From a virus (lineage: Duplodnaviria; Caudoviricetes), in the IMG/VR virus record IMGVR_UViG_3300030060_000625, positions 1 to 53,690 of that record: 53,690 nt of DNA; one strand, given 5' to 3'. A program made the translations under genes and the position numbers. The notes under the pieces were generated by a model. That model ran no database searches. It saw only the letters and a list, made by a program, of their open reading frames with translations, and was not told the DNA's origin. This document shows positions 34,313 through 42,569 of this stretch, piece by piece; the stretch's first letter is position 1; each line of letters opens with the position of its first letter.

Positions 34313-34549
34313 CTACTTCTTACTTTCTTTTGTTGCAATACGTTGTAGACTGTCGTTCAATCTTTTAATTCTTCTGTAAGCGTCTTGCAAGTCACTCTGA
34401 AGATTGTAAACGTTATCACGCAAGACACGCAACTCATCATAGTCAGACTGGCTGACAATTTTCTTTTCAGGGCTGACAATTTGTTTTTTAGGGCTGACAA
34501 TTTGTTTTATGCGGCTGACAAAATTCTTTATGAGGCTGACAATTTTCAT
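34313..34549 (-). CDS. Hypothetical coiled-coil protein (78 aa) whose 5' half is a 21-bp tandem repeat
   Basis: KIVS/QIVS heptapeptide repeats followed by a coiled coil; ATGA coupling upstream. Confidence 0.55.
   Translation of the reverse strand: MKIVSLIKNFVSRIKQIVSPKKQIVSPEKKIVSQSDYDELRVLRDNVYNLQSDLQDAYRRIKRLNDSLQRIATKESKK
34450..34546. repeat. GGCTGACAA motif cluster B: five copies at exact 21-bp period
   Basis: Copies start at 34450, 34471, 34492, 34513 and 34534, separated by T-rich linkers. Confidence 0.92.
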
Positions 34550-34644
34550 AGCATATGTTTGACAAAAGGATATAAATCTATTGCCAACTCCATAACATGA
34601 ACTATAAAACTAATTATTGTTAACAACCATATAACTTTAATCAT
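34546..34644 (-). CDS. Possible single-TM peptide (32 aa, MIKVIWLLTIISFIVHVMELAIDLYPFVKHML)
   Basis: Own translation; starts 2 nt after the upstream stop and its stop overlaps the next ATG. Confidence 0.5.
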   Translation of the reverse strand: MIKVIWLLTIISFIVHVMELAIDLYPFVKHML

Positions 34645-34646
34645 AA

Positions 34647-34940
34647 CTAATGTATCACATCATCTTCGTCAGGTTCTAACAACCTAATCTGGTTCTCTAA
34701 ACAATTTTGTAACGTTGCAACGATAAATTCAGTAGAGTGTAGCCCACTGCCATACGTGGTTTCTATCTTATGAAACACAGCATGTAAAGCACCGCTCAAT
34801 AATAAAACACTGCTTTCACCTTTTTCATCAACTAGAAGATCATCTAGAACTTCATCTACAACACGATAACCTAAGTCTAAACTTTTAGTTCTATCATCAG
34901 TCACAAGGCACACCAGTAGTAACGGGACCAACCGTTCCAT
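34647..34940 (-). CDS. Hypothetical protein (up to 97 aa; true start may be the GTG near 34904)
   Basis: ORF in the early block; acidic C-terminus ending DDVIH. Confidence 0.6.
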   Translation of the reverse strand: MERLVPLLLVCLVTDDRTKSLDLGYRVVDEVLDDLLVDEKGESSVLLLSGALHAVFHKIETTYGSGLHSTEFIVATLQNCLENQIRLLEPDEDDVIH

Positions 34941-35538
34941 CCTTACTAAATTGTTTAAAATAAAATTTAGCTCCTAGTGGTAGATCACCAGCATGTAAGC
35001 TAGTAGCATACTCACCTGTAAAGCTAGGATTTTGCACTACTTCGTGACATCCTACCCATGCGTACTCAGCAGGACCATTGTTAGCAGCTATCTGACCAGG
35101 AGAGCAAGCAACTAGAGTAACAACCATTAAGAATAAACCTAGCGTACTCTGTAATCCATTAGCCGTCTTTTTTAATGAATCGTAAATGACTTTATCCACA
35201 GTTCTATTGATGTAACTATTTTCATTTTCCGTAAGTAACGGCATACGCACTAGATTAATAACCATACCACGGCACTTTACCCACTGCAACGTTTCAATGT
35301 TGATATTGCGATATTGTTTTGTAGCAGTTTCCCATCCAACAATATACTTGTCTGGGTCGGCGGTTTGCGGCCTTCCATTGGAGTATTTCTTGACACCAAT
35401 CCGACAGGTCATAATTCGATCTGTTCCGTCCTTTTTGACAAATTTAACGGTAAAGAATCGGCCACCTACAAACTCTCTAAATCTTTGATTAAACACGACT
35501 TTTCCCTTTCCTAAAAAAAGTTGTTGACATTCATTCAA
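34897..35538 (-). CDS. Hypothetical protein (213 aa): SH3-like N-terminal domain plus a lipoprotein-like C-terminal part
   Basis: FFTVKFVKKDGTDRIMTCR...YRNINIET (WYL_2/SH3-like pattern), then LGLFLMVVTLVAC. Confidence 0.6.
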   Translation of the reverse strand: MNECQQLFLGKGKVVFNQRFREFVGGRFFTVKFVKKDGTDRIMTCRIGVKKYSNGRPQTADPDKYIVGWETATKQYRNINIETLQWVKCRGMVINLVRMPLLTENENSYINRTVDKVIYDSLKKTANGLQSTLGLFLMVVTLVACSPGQIAANNGPAEYAWVGCHEVVQNPSFTGEYATSLHAGDLPLGAKFYFKQFSKDGTVGPVTTGVPCD

Positions 35539-35571
35539 GGATACCTTAATCTCTCTTTAAACTCCTGTCAA
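35524..35571. promoter_or_regulatory. Overlapping opposite-strand sigma70-like promoters at the early/replication strand switch
   Basis: Plus: TTGACA(35524)-17-TAATCT; minus: TTGACA(35571-35566)-17-TAAGGT. Confidence 0.55.
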
Positions 35572-35592
35572 GCATTTATTGAATAAAAAATC

Positions 35593-35657
35593 TTACCAGT
35601 TATACCTCACTGTAGGCACTGAATAGTAAAATGTTACCAGTTATACCTCACTCTAGG
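35593..35657. repeat. 24-bp direct repeat (23/24 identical) upstream of the DNA polymerase gene
   Basis: TTACCAGTTATACCTCACTGTAGG at 35593 and TTACCAGTTATACCTCACTCTAGG at 35634. Confidence 0.92.
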
Positions 35658-35668
35658 TTCTATGTACA

Positions 35669-37396
35669 ATGACAACATACATTTTAGATATAGAAACAGA
35701 TAGTTTAGTAGCATCTCAAATATGGTGTGTTGTAATACAAGAATTAAAAACAAACAATGTTAAAGTTATTACAACAAAAGACAATATGCCTGTGTTTAAT
35801 AATGATGATATTATAATAACACACAATGGCATTGAGTTCGATATTCCTGTTTTAAATAAATTATGGGATACTAATATTAAAATAAAACAAGTTAGAGATA
35901 CTCTTGTTATGTCTAGACTATTTAATCCTAACAGGGATGATGGTCATTCGTTAAATGCTTGGGGTAAACGTTTAGCATATAATAAGATAGAGTTTAATGA
36001 GTTTGATAAACTAACTGATAAGATGATAGAGTATTGTAAACGTGATGTCGAAGTTACAGAAAAAATATATTTACATTTATTGCAAGAAGGTAAAGAGTTT
36101 TCAGAACAATCCATACAACTAGAACATAACATAGCTTATGTTATTAATCAGCAGAGTAATAATGGTTTTTATTTAGATATTAAAAAAGCAAACAGTTTGT
36201 ATCAAGAAACATACAACAAAGCTAAGAAGATAGAGGAAGAAATAAAACAAGACTTCAAACCAATACCTAAGTTTATTCGTGAGGTTACACCTAGAATAAA
36301 AAAAGATGGCTCTATGTCTCTTGTTGGACTACGTGACATACATGATGCTGAGAAAACTGTGGGCGGTCCCTTCTCATATTTTAAGCTTGAGCCTTTCAAC
36401 CTAGCTAGTCCTAAACAAATTATTGCAAGGTTAGATTATTGTGGGTGGAATCCCACTGTGTTTACACCTAAAGGTTCACCTAAAATATGCGAACAGAATT
36501 TAGAAACAATATCTAACGATGCACCACTAGCTGCTAAGAAGTTAGCAGAGTGGAAGATGTTAGAATCTCGTTGGAAGACTGTAGAGAGTTGGTTAGAAGC
36601 TTGTGAGTCAGACAACCGTGTGCATGGTAAGGTTATACCAATGGGTGCCGTAACAGGTAGAATGACACACGCTGCGCCAAACATGGCTAATGTTGTTTCA
36701 TCTGAGAAACCTTACGGCAGAGAATGTAGGGAATGTTTTACGGTGGAGGATGCTGACAATTACAGTATTGTTGGTATGGACGCAAAGGGTCTAGAACTTA
36801 GGATGTTAGCACATTACATGCGTGATGAGGACTACATAGACGAGGTATTGTATGGTGATCCGCACACTGTTAATCAGAAAGCTGCAGGACTATCAACTAG
36901 AGCGCAAAGCAAAACATTTATCTATGCCTTCTTATATGGTGCAGGTGCCGAGAAACTTGGTAGTGTCGTAGGCGGTACGGCAAGAGATGGTGCAATACTA
37001 AAGAGGGACTTTCTAGCCAACATGCCAGCGTTGAACAGACTTATAACAAGGGTGCAGAGGGTTGCTGAGAAGGGAGACATAAAAGGATTAGACGGTAGAC
37101 GCATACTAGTACGTCACCAACATGCAGCGTTGAATACACTGTTACAAGGTGCAGGTGCTATAGCTTGTAAACAATGGTCTATATGTATGCACAAATACAT
37201 AAAACAAAATAAATTAAACGCAAGGCTTGTCAATACTATACATGATGAGTTACAATACGAGGTACACAATGATGATGTACAAGCTATGATGGATGGTGCT
37301 GACGAAACTATTCGACAAGCTGGTAAGCTTCTTAGTGTACGATTGACACTTAATGCAGATTCAAAGGTAGGCAAAACATGGGCAGATACTCACTAG
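35669..37396 (+). CDS. DNA polymerase, family A (T7 gp5-like, with 3'-5' exonuclease; 575 aa)
   Basis: ExoI DIETD, ExoII HNGIEFD, ExoIII YCKRD; motif A DAKGLELR, motif B RAQSKTFIYAFLYG, motif C IHDE. Confidence 0.97.
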   Translation: MTTYILDIETDSLVASQIWCVVIQELKTNNVKVITTKDNMPVFNNDDIIITHNGIEFDIPVLNKLWDTNIKIKQVRDTLVMSRLFNPNRDDGHSLNAWGKRLAYNKIEFNEFDKLTDKMIEYCKRDVEVTEKIYLHLLQEGKEFSEQSIQLEHNIAYVINQQSNNGFYLDIKKANSLYQETYNKAKKIEEEIKQDFKPIPKFIREVTPRIKKDGSMSLVGLRDIHDAEKTVGGPFSYFKLEPFNLASPKQIIARLDYCGWNPTVFTPKGSPKICEQNLETISNDAPLAAKKLAEWKMLESRWKTVESWLEACESDNRVHGKVIPMGAVTGRMTHAAPNMANVVSSEKPYGRECRECFTVEDADNYSIVGMDAKGLELRMLAHYMRDEDYIDEVLYGDPHTVNQKAAGLSTRAQSKTFIYAFLYGAGAEKLGSVVGGTARDGAILKRDFLANMPALNRLITRVQRVAEKGDIKGLDGRRILVRHQHAALNTLLQGAGAIACKQWSICMHKYIKQNKLNARLVNTIHDELQYEVHNDDVQAMMDGADETIRQAGKLLSVRLTLNADSKVGKTWADTH

Positions 37397-37893
37397 AGTT
37401 AAACGCTGGACTACAAGCTGAAATTTCTTTTACTGATGTTGCAAAGAAAAAAGGTTATCAAATTGCACATGCAAATAAAGATTCTAACATATACAAGCAT
37501 GTTGACTTGTATCTAACACAAAATGATAATGTTACATCCGTTGATGTAAAAGCTCGTAAGAAACTTTCTAGACGAGATGATAATTATAATGATGATCTTA
37601 CATGGATAGAATTTAAGAATGTAAGAGGTAACGATGGATGGTTGTATGGTAAAGCTGACAAAATTGTTTTTGAACGTGAAAAAGATTTTGTGCTAGTAAA
37701 CCGCCCTATGTTACAACGTTTCTGTGAGCAAAAAGTTAGTGAAGTATTCGTAAGTACAAGTAAAGAAGCGTTATATAAAAAATACCAAAGACCAAATAGA
37801 AAAGATGTCATTACTTTAGTTAAACTTGATGATGTGCTTCACGAACTGTACACAACAGATGATATAGATATTTGGAAAAAGGTCGTTGACTAA
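37378..37893 (+). CDS. Putative PD-(D/E)XK nuclease-fold protein (171 aa)
   Basis: E...HVD...VDVKARK, then WIEFKNVRG..GWLYGKAD. Confidence 0.6.
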   Translation: MGRYSLELNAGLQAEISFTDVAKKKGYQIAHANKDSNIYKHVDLYLTQNDNVTSVDVKARKKLSRRDDNYNDDLTWIEFKNVRGNDGWLYGKADKIVFEREKDFVLVNRPMLQRFCEQKVSEVFVSTSKEALYKKYQRPNRKDVITLVKLDDVLHELYTTDDIDIWKKVVD

Positions 37894-37913
37894 TACGCGC
37901 AGGTGTGTATAAT
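37886..37913 (+). promoter_or_regulatory. Sigma70-type promoter upstream of the SSB gene
   Basis: TTGACT-aatacgcgcaggtgtg(16)-TATAAT with extended -10 TG. Confidence 0.75.
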
Positions 37914-37949
37914 GTATGTATCTTAACTCTCATCGCAAAGGAGAATATT

Positions 37950-38393
37950 ATGATAGTGAGAGGAATAGCAGAGTGGGCATCGGTTTTCGAGCCTAATGGA
38001 CTAAGCGGTAAGTATCAGGTTGACATCTGTCAGCTTGATAAAACTACAATCAAAAACCTTAAAGCTGTAGGCATCGACGTAAAGAAAGGCGAAGGTGATA
38101 AAGCAGACAAAGGTGAGTACATTACTGCAAAGTCTGGTAAGTATGCGCCTAAAGTATGGGACCGTAAGAAAAATGAGATGGGTGGTGAGATTTCAATCGG
38201 AAACGGTTCTGAGATCAAAGCTTCCATCAAACCATACGAATGGACGTTTAAAGGTAAATCAGGTGTAAGCCCAGGTCTTAACAGTCTTATGGTATTATCT
38301 CTTATTCCATATGGCGGTGACGATGAACTAGAAGCCGAAGACGATGACGAAGTGCCTTTCGATACAGGGGAGGATGATGACGACTTGGAGTAG
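37950..38393 (+). CDS. Single-stranded DNA-binding protein (T7 gp2.5-like, 147 aa; start adjusted)
   Basis: AAGGAG Shine-Dalgarno before the ATG at 37950; GKYQVD, IGNGS; very acidic C-terminal tail. Confidence 0.8.
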   Translation: MIVRGIAEWASVFEPNGLSGKYQVDICQLDKTTIKNLKAVGIDVKKGEGDKADKGEYITAKSGKYAPKVWDRKKNEMGGEISIGNGSEIKASIKPYEWTFKGKSGVSPGLNSLMVLSLIPYGGDDELEAEDDDEVPFDTGEDDDDLE

Positions 38394-38497
38394 TAGGTAG
38401 AGTCGCTTTCTAATGGTAGGTAGGGGCAACTTTAGGTGGTTGTCGATATCAGAGCGAGGGGTGGGGCTGCTGATAAATTATAACAACGAGAGACTTG

Positions 38498-39340
38498 ATG
38501 GCTAAAATACAAACAATCATACCAGATATTCACCAACTTCTAGAGAATGGAAAGCAAGGTTTTAGTGAAAGAAACTTACAAGATTTCTTTAAGGCATTGC
38601 GAGAAGACATTGAAACGTTTCTATCACCAGAAGACAAGGATAGAAGCGGTAGACTTAGAATGTCCTCTATCGGTAAGAACTCTAGAAAACTTTGGTATGA
38701 GTTTAGAGATAAGAAGCCATCTAAACTAGACGGCCAGACAAAATTAAAGTTGTTCTTTGGTAATTTAGTAGAAGCCTTTCTGTTGTTTCTGGCAGAGGAA
38801 GCTGGTCACAAAGTTACAGATAGACAGAAAGAAGTTGTAATAGAAGGTGTCAAGGGACACATAGATGCGAAGATAGACGGCGTTGTAGTAGATGTTAAAT
38901 CTGCATCAGACTTTGGTTTTAAAAAGTTTAAGTATGACGATCTACAGAACGATGACCCATTCGGTTACATTGGTCAGATAAGTGGTTATGCACAGGCAGA
39001 GGGAGATGACGTAGCTTACTTTCTTGCATACAATAAGAACAATGCTGAGATGGCTTTGGTGGAGGTGGATGAATTAAACATGATGAACGCCAGTGAGCGC
39101 ATCATTGATCTAAAGAAGATAATGAAGCAGGATACTGTGCCTAATAAGTGTTATCCTGATAAGCTCGACGGTAAACAAGGTAACAAGATATTAGATAAGA
39201 ACTGCACATACTGTGACTACAAGTATGAATGTTGGCAAGATGCTAATGATGGTAACGGACTTAGAGTATTTCAGTATGCTAGTGGATTAACATACTTTAC
39301 GCATGTAGAGAAGGAGCCTAAAGTAGACGAGGTTTTGTAG
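38498..39340 (+). CDS. Cas4-like PD-(D/E)XK exonuclease
   Basis: LRMSSIG..RKLWY, GHIDAKIDGVVVDVKS, QISGY, CTYCDYKYEC. Confidence 0.82.
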   Translation: MAKIQTIIPDIHQLLENGKQGFSERNLQDFFKALREDIETFLSPEDKDRSGRLRMSSIGKNSRKLWYEFRDKKPSKLDGQTKLKLFFGNLVEAFLLFLAEEAGHKVTDRQKEVVIEGVKGHIDAKIDGVVVDVKSASDFGFKKFKYDDLQNDDPFGYIGQISGYAQAEGDDVAYFLAYNKNNAEMALVEVDELNMMNASERIIDLKKIMKQDTVPNKCYPDKLDGKQGNKILDKNCTYCDYKYECWQDANDGNGLRVFQYASGLTYFTHVEKEPKVDEVL

Positions 39341-39585
39341 TGAAAGATAGGAAAGTAAAGAATAAAGTATGGTATGTAAAGTGGGCATCTTCTATTATAC
39401 TTATGGTAGGTATGATCTTTACTGCTCAAAACATATTTCCTTATAATCTTTACTTACATGCAATAGGAATAATTGGTTGGGTATATGTATCTATTGTATG
39501 GAATGACCGTGCGCTTATTGTAGTTAACAGCGTTGCATTATCTATTTTTCTCAACGGAATATTAGCTACTTTGTTTAATAAATGA
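39340..39585 (+). CDS. Small 3-TM membrane protein (DUF6552-like, 81 aa)
   Basis: WYVKWASS...PYNL...WNDRALIVVN with three hydrophobic segments. Confidence 0.7.
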   Translation: MKDRKVKNKVWYVKWASSIILMVGMIFTAQNIFPYNLYLHAIGIIGWVYVSIVWNDRALIVVNSVALSIFLNGILATLFNK

Positions 39586-41180
39586 ATTACCAAAAAACAC
39601 ACCAGCCCTGCCCTAACTGTAGCAGCAGTGATGCACTGGCAATAAACGAAGATGGTAGCACATACTGTTTTGCATGTGAAAGGCACACAAAGCCTGAAGA
39701 TGAACTAATAGAGGAACCTATGACAAACACGCCAATGAATGCTAAATACCTGTCTACTGGTAAGACATTACCAATACCAGACAGAGGCATAACAAAAGAT
39801 ACATGCAAAGCATACGGTGTTACAGTAGAGGGAACACAGCAATACTACCCATTCTACAATGAGGACGGTGATTGGATTGCAAATAAAATACGTGGTAAAT
39901 CATACAACGGTGATAAGACATTTCAAACTACAGGTGATTGGAAACAAGCTACGTTATTCGGACAGAACAAGTTTCCTGCAAGAGGTAAGTACGTAACGTT
40001 ATGTGAAGGTGAGCTTGATGCGTTATCAGCTTATCAAATGATGGGTTCTACTTGGCCTGTTCTATCTATACGTAACGGAGCGTCTGGTGTTGAAAATGAC
40101 ATAGAAGGTTCTTTTGAGTATCTTATGTCGTATGACAATATTATTATATGCTTTGATAATGATAAGCCTGGAAAGAAAGCTGCTAAGAAAGCTGCAGAAT
40201 TGCTATCGCCTAAAGCTAAAATTGTAAAACTTACTAAGAAAGACCCTAACGAGTATCTTGTAAATAATGATGGTGAGGAGTTCGTAAAGGCGTGGTGGAA
40301 TGCAGACAGCTACACGCCTGATGGCATTATTGCAGGTACACAGTTATGGGATACACTCAAGGAAGGACCAGCTAAGACTGCTATAGATTACCCATATGAC
40401 GGTATGAACAGAATGACCTATGGCATACGTATGGGTGAGCTTATTACAGTGTGCGCTGGCACGGGCATAGGTAAGAGTAGCTTTCTCAAGGAGATTGTAA
40501 AGCACATATTCGATAACACAGAGGACAACATAGGCATGATGTTTATGGAGGAGAGCGTCAGAAGCACCGCTGAGTCCATGATGAGCTTGCAGCTAGGTAA
40601 GCAGCTACACCTGCCAGACACTGTGTTTACAGAAGAAGAGTATAAACAGTCCTACGAGGACACTGTAGGGTCAGGGCGTTACTTCTTCTTTGATCACTTT
40701 GGATCAAACACTATTGATAATGTTCTGGCCCGTGTGAGGTACTTTGCAAAAGCAGCGAAGTGTAAGTATGTAATACTAGATCATATCAGCATACTTGTTA
40801 GCTCTCAAGAACACTCGTTTGATGAGAGAAGAACAATAGATGAGTGTATGACTAAGCTTAGAACATTAGTGCAAGAGCTTAACATATCATTAGTGGTTGT
40901 CTCACATCTTCGCAGACCAATGCAGGGTTCTCATGAAGAAGGTTTAAATACGTCATTGTCTGATCTACGAGGTTCTGCTAGTATAGGACAACTTAGTGAT
41001 ATTGTGGTAGGTTTAGAACGTAACGGACAAGCGGATGATCCTGTAGAGCGACACACCACCTATGTTCGTATTATAAAGAATAGGTTTACAGGTCTTACAG
41101 GACTATGTTCTAAGTTGTTCTACGACTTTACAGATGGACGCATACGAGAGAAGAGTTTAGATTTTGAGGATGATGACTAA
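39582..41180 (+). CDS. DNA primase-helicase (T7 gp4-like, 532 aa)
   Basis: Zn ribbon CPNC..CFAC, TOPRIM EGELD and FDND, Walker A AGTGIGKS, ILDHIS, SHL, DLRGS, KNRFTG. Confidence 0.97.
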   Translation: MNYQKTHQPCPNCSSSDALAINEDGSTYCFACERHTKPEDELIEEPMTNTPMNAKYLSTGKTLPIPDRGITKDTCKAYGVTVEGTQQYYPFYNEDGDWIANKIRGKSYNGDKTFQTTGDWKQATLFGQNKFPARGKYVTLCEGELDALSAYQMMGSTWPVLSIRNGASGVENDIEGSFEYLMSYDNIIICFDNDKPGKKAAKKAAELLSPKAKIVKLTKKDPNEYLVNNDGEEFVKAWWNADSYTPDGIIAGTQLWDTLKEGPAKTAIDYPYDGMNRMTYGIRMGELITVCAGTGIGKSSFLKEIVKHIFDNTEDNIGMMFMEESVRSTAESMMSLQLGKQLHLPDTVFTEEEYKQSYEDTVGSGRYFFFDHFGSNTIDNVLARVRYFAKAAKCKYVILDHISILVSSQEHSFDERRTIDECMTKLRTLVQELNISLVVVSHLRRPMQGSHEEGLNTSLSDLRGSASIGQLSDIVVGLERNGQADDPVERHTTYVRIIKNRFTGLTGLCSKLFYDFTDGRIREKSLDFEDDD

Positions 41181-41578
41181 TGCCAGTAGTAGTAATGCAC
41201 ACAGTATATAGTCATGATATAATTGATAACGAAAACTGTTTATTTATATACATGGATCACAGTAAACAAAAAGGTGATCCTCTTGTAAACATTGTTTTAC
41301 GAGATGGCAGTAATAGTGCGCCTATTCTGGTAAAGAAATTTAGTGGTAGGGAGCCAGAGTCTTACTACAAAGACAATGAGTTTCACGTATTTAAAGAGGA
41401 GTTTGATAAGTCTTGGTCAGTAATAAACAATTATTTAACAGAAGGCAGCGTTGCTATTCTTTGTCGTGAGTCAGTAGATAACCAAGATTTCAGTATGATA
41501 AACATAAAGAAACACTCTACTAAAGTTCACGATTACATAGAAAAACATATGACTAATTTATTGAAAAGATACAAATGA
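41180..41578 (+). CDS. Hypothetical protein (132 aa)
   Basis: Coupled ORF in the replication operon. Confidence 0.7.
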   Translation: MPVVVMHTVYSHDIIDNENCLFIYMDHSKQKGDPLVNIVLRDGSNSAPILVKKFSGREPESYYKDNEFHVFKEEFDKSWSVINNYLTEGSVAILCRESVDNQDFSMINIKKHSTKVHDYIEKHMTNLLKRYK

Positions 41579-41946
41579 CAGCACGTTATAAATCTAGATT
41601 TGAGTTTGACTTTGCAACGTATCTAGAAAACAACAGTATAGAGTTTGAGTATGAACAGCATAAGTTTACTTATGTTCCTAAAGATAGGACGTACACACCA
41701 GATTTCTATCTGCCTAAGTTTGATATGTTCATAGAGACTAAAGGACAGTTTGTTGGTTCTGATAGATCAAAACATAAGTTGATAGCAGAGCAATATCCTG
41801 ATCTTGATTTACGTTTTGTGTTTCAGAATGACAAGGTAAAGTTAAGTAAGAAATCAAAAACAACGTATGCTGATTGGTGCAATAAAAATAATTTTAAATA
41901 TGCAAAAGGCGTTATACCTATAGGATGGATGAAAAATTATGGATGA
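41575..41946 (+). CDS. Endonuclease I / Holliday-junction resolvase (T7 gp3-like, 123 aa)
   Basis: YKSRFE, FEYE, YTPDF, IETKG, DLRFVF, TYADWC. Confidence 0.92.
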   Translation: MTARYKSRFEFDFATYLENNSIEFEYEQHKFTYVPKDRTYTPDFYLPKFDMFIETKGQFVGSDRSKHKLIAEQYPDLDLRFVFQNDKVKLSKKSKTTYADWCNKNNFKYAKGVIPIGWMKNYG

Positions 41947-42343
41947 CATGCACGATGACTTAGCTAAGATGAAAGCTATTGTTGAAACGGAAAAGGAAGG
42001 ACTAAAGGACAATCGTGTTTATCTTGTTATGGAGAACACAGATGATAGTGTAGATCAGTTTTTTATGTTTTGTTTGGATAAAACAAATAACGAGGACGGT
42101 CCTGCTAATATGTGTCAGGTTCTTGCTAAAGGTTTAGTTCACATACTACAGAACAGTGCAGAAGAAGTATACAGTCTTGGTGAAAAACTTCTTGAAGAAG
42201 ATGAATATTCAGAAAGTAACATAATTTCACTTGACTCTTATCGAAACAACGATTATGCTCAAAATGTGTTCAAAGAGAAAGACAGGGAACACCTGACAGT
42301 TACGGTGACGTTAGAGGATGAAGATGACGACAGAGGAGCATGA
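41939..42343 (+). CDS. Hypothetical acidic protein (134 aa)
   Basis: Coupled ORF in the replication operon. Confidence 0.65.
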   Translation: MDDMHDDLAKMKAIVETEKEGLKDNRVYLVMENTDDSVDQFFMFCLDKTNNEDGPANMCQVLAKGLVHILQNSAEEVYSLGEKLLEEDEYSESNIISLDSYRNNDYAQNVFKEKDREHLTVTVTLEDEDDDRGA

Positions 42344-42569
42344 TCCCGTCAACAGCCCAGAACATTACAATAAGCTTGATGTTGAGGCTATAGATTTAAT
42401 AGAGATGTCTATGACGAGGAATGAGTTTTTAGGATATTTAAAAGGTAACGTGTTAAAGTATATAATTAGATACAGGCACAAAGGCAAAGCCGCAGAGGAC
42501 TTAGGAAAGTGCGTATGGTATCTTACGAGGTTAAAGGATAGAGTAGAAGATGCAAAACCTACCAACTGA
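42318..42569 (+). CDS. DUF3310 protein (T7 gp1.7-like putative nucleotide kinase, 83 aa)
   Basis: DPVNSPEHY...EAID...GYLKGNVLKYIIRYRHKG...EDLGKCVWYL. Confidence 0.85.
   Translation: MKMTTEEHDPVNSPEHYNKLDVEAIDLIEMSMTRNEFLGYLKGNVLKYIIRYRHKGKAAEDLGKCVWYLTRLKDRVEDAKPTN

Noticed and set aside
34450-34546. 21-bp array as a mini-CRISPR
   Set aside because: The unit is far too short, the linkers are similar T-rich sequences and not unique spacers, and there is no cas operon
38498-39340. Cas4-like gene as evidence of a CRISPR system
   Set aside because: Solo Cas4-like exonucleases are ordinary in phage replication modules; no array or other cas genes are present
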